DNA of 64,000 bases from Thecamonas trahens ATCC 50062. Its lineage: Eukaryota > Protista > Apusomonadida. Under the pieces are notes generated by a model. It had not been told where the DNA came from. It made no database searches and saw only the letters and a list, made by a program, of their open reading frames with translations. The DNA lies in assembly GCF_000142905.1 (NCBI RefSeq), contig NW_013657674.1, positions 466,709-530,708 of the forward strand, written 5' to 3'. The position numbers were made by a program, and so were the translations under genes. Position 1 is the stretch's first letter, and each line of letters starts with the position of its first letter. Positions 63,894 through 64,000 of this stretch are shown one piece after another.

Positions 63894-64000
63894 CCCTTAA
63901 CGGTACGCTCGTTCGGACGCGTCCTCGTGCGTCTCAAAGTGGACATCTCGCTGATGCTTGACTTCCCGGTGGGAGGCGCGCCCGCACGTGATGGCGGCCG
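63894..64000 (+). mobile_element. 5' end of a second piggyBac-like element copy (runs off window)
   Basis: Matches the reverse complement of 57453..57561 with 10 mismatches and one 2-nt indel by manual alignment; begins CCCTTAACGGTAC. Confidence 0.8.

Overview
This is a gene-dense, GC-rich, intron-poor eukaryotic window. The style suggests a unicellular protist such as the apusomonad Thecamonas, but that is inference only. About 27 protein-coding genes are supported. Recognisable ones are UDP-galactopyranose mutase (5'-truncated), trimethyllysine dioxygenase, POLA1, METTL16, a CCDC33-like protein, NDUFB7, D2HGDH, a UBX protein, ITFG2, FANCM, ATR, an ENTR1-like protein, an E2 enzyme, ZNHIT1, CSN3, an SRPBCC protein, mitoribosomal bL20m and mL53, and cytosolic GluRS. 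The rest are orphans: a 2585-aa coiled-coil protein, a secreted protein, a membrane-anchored cupin and two internal-repeat proteins. Eight GT-AG introns can be reconstructed, all near the 5' ends of their genes. Notable observations: (i) seven frame breaks in five conserved genes are all in the same -1 direction and all at short homopolymers, most likely a sequencing artefact but directly testable; (ii) a NIPA/DMT-like membrane domain is fused to a bacterial-type PI-phospholipase C; (iii) UGM is fused to a DUF3431-like domain; (iv) two inverted copies of an internally deleted piggyBac-like element are present, one abutting the GluRS stop codon; (v) a diverged ~330-bp repeat with a coding signature sits in two divergent intergenic regions; (vi) there are two head-to-head pairs of functionally related genes, FANCM/ATR and bL20m/mL53. 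One 100-N assembly gap is present. No rRNA, tRNA or CRISPR array was recognised. All family calls are motif recognition by eye; no database search was run.
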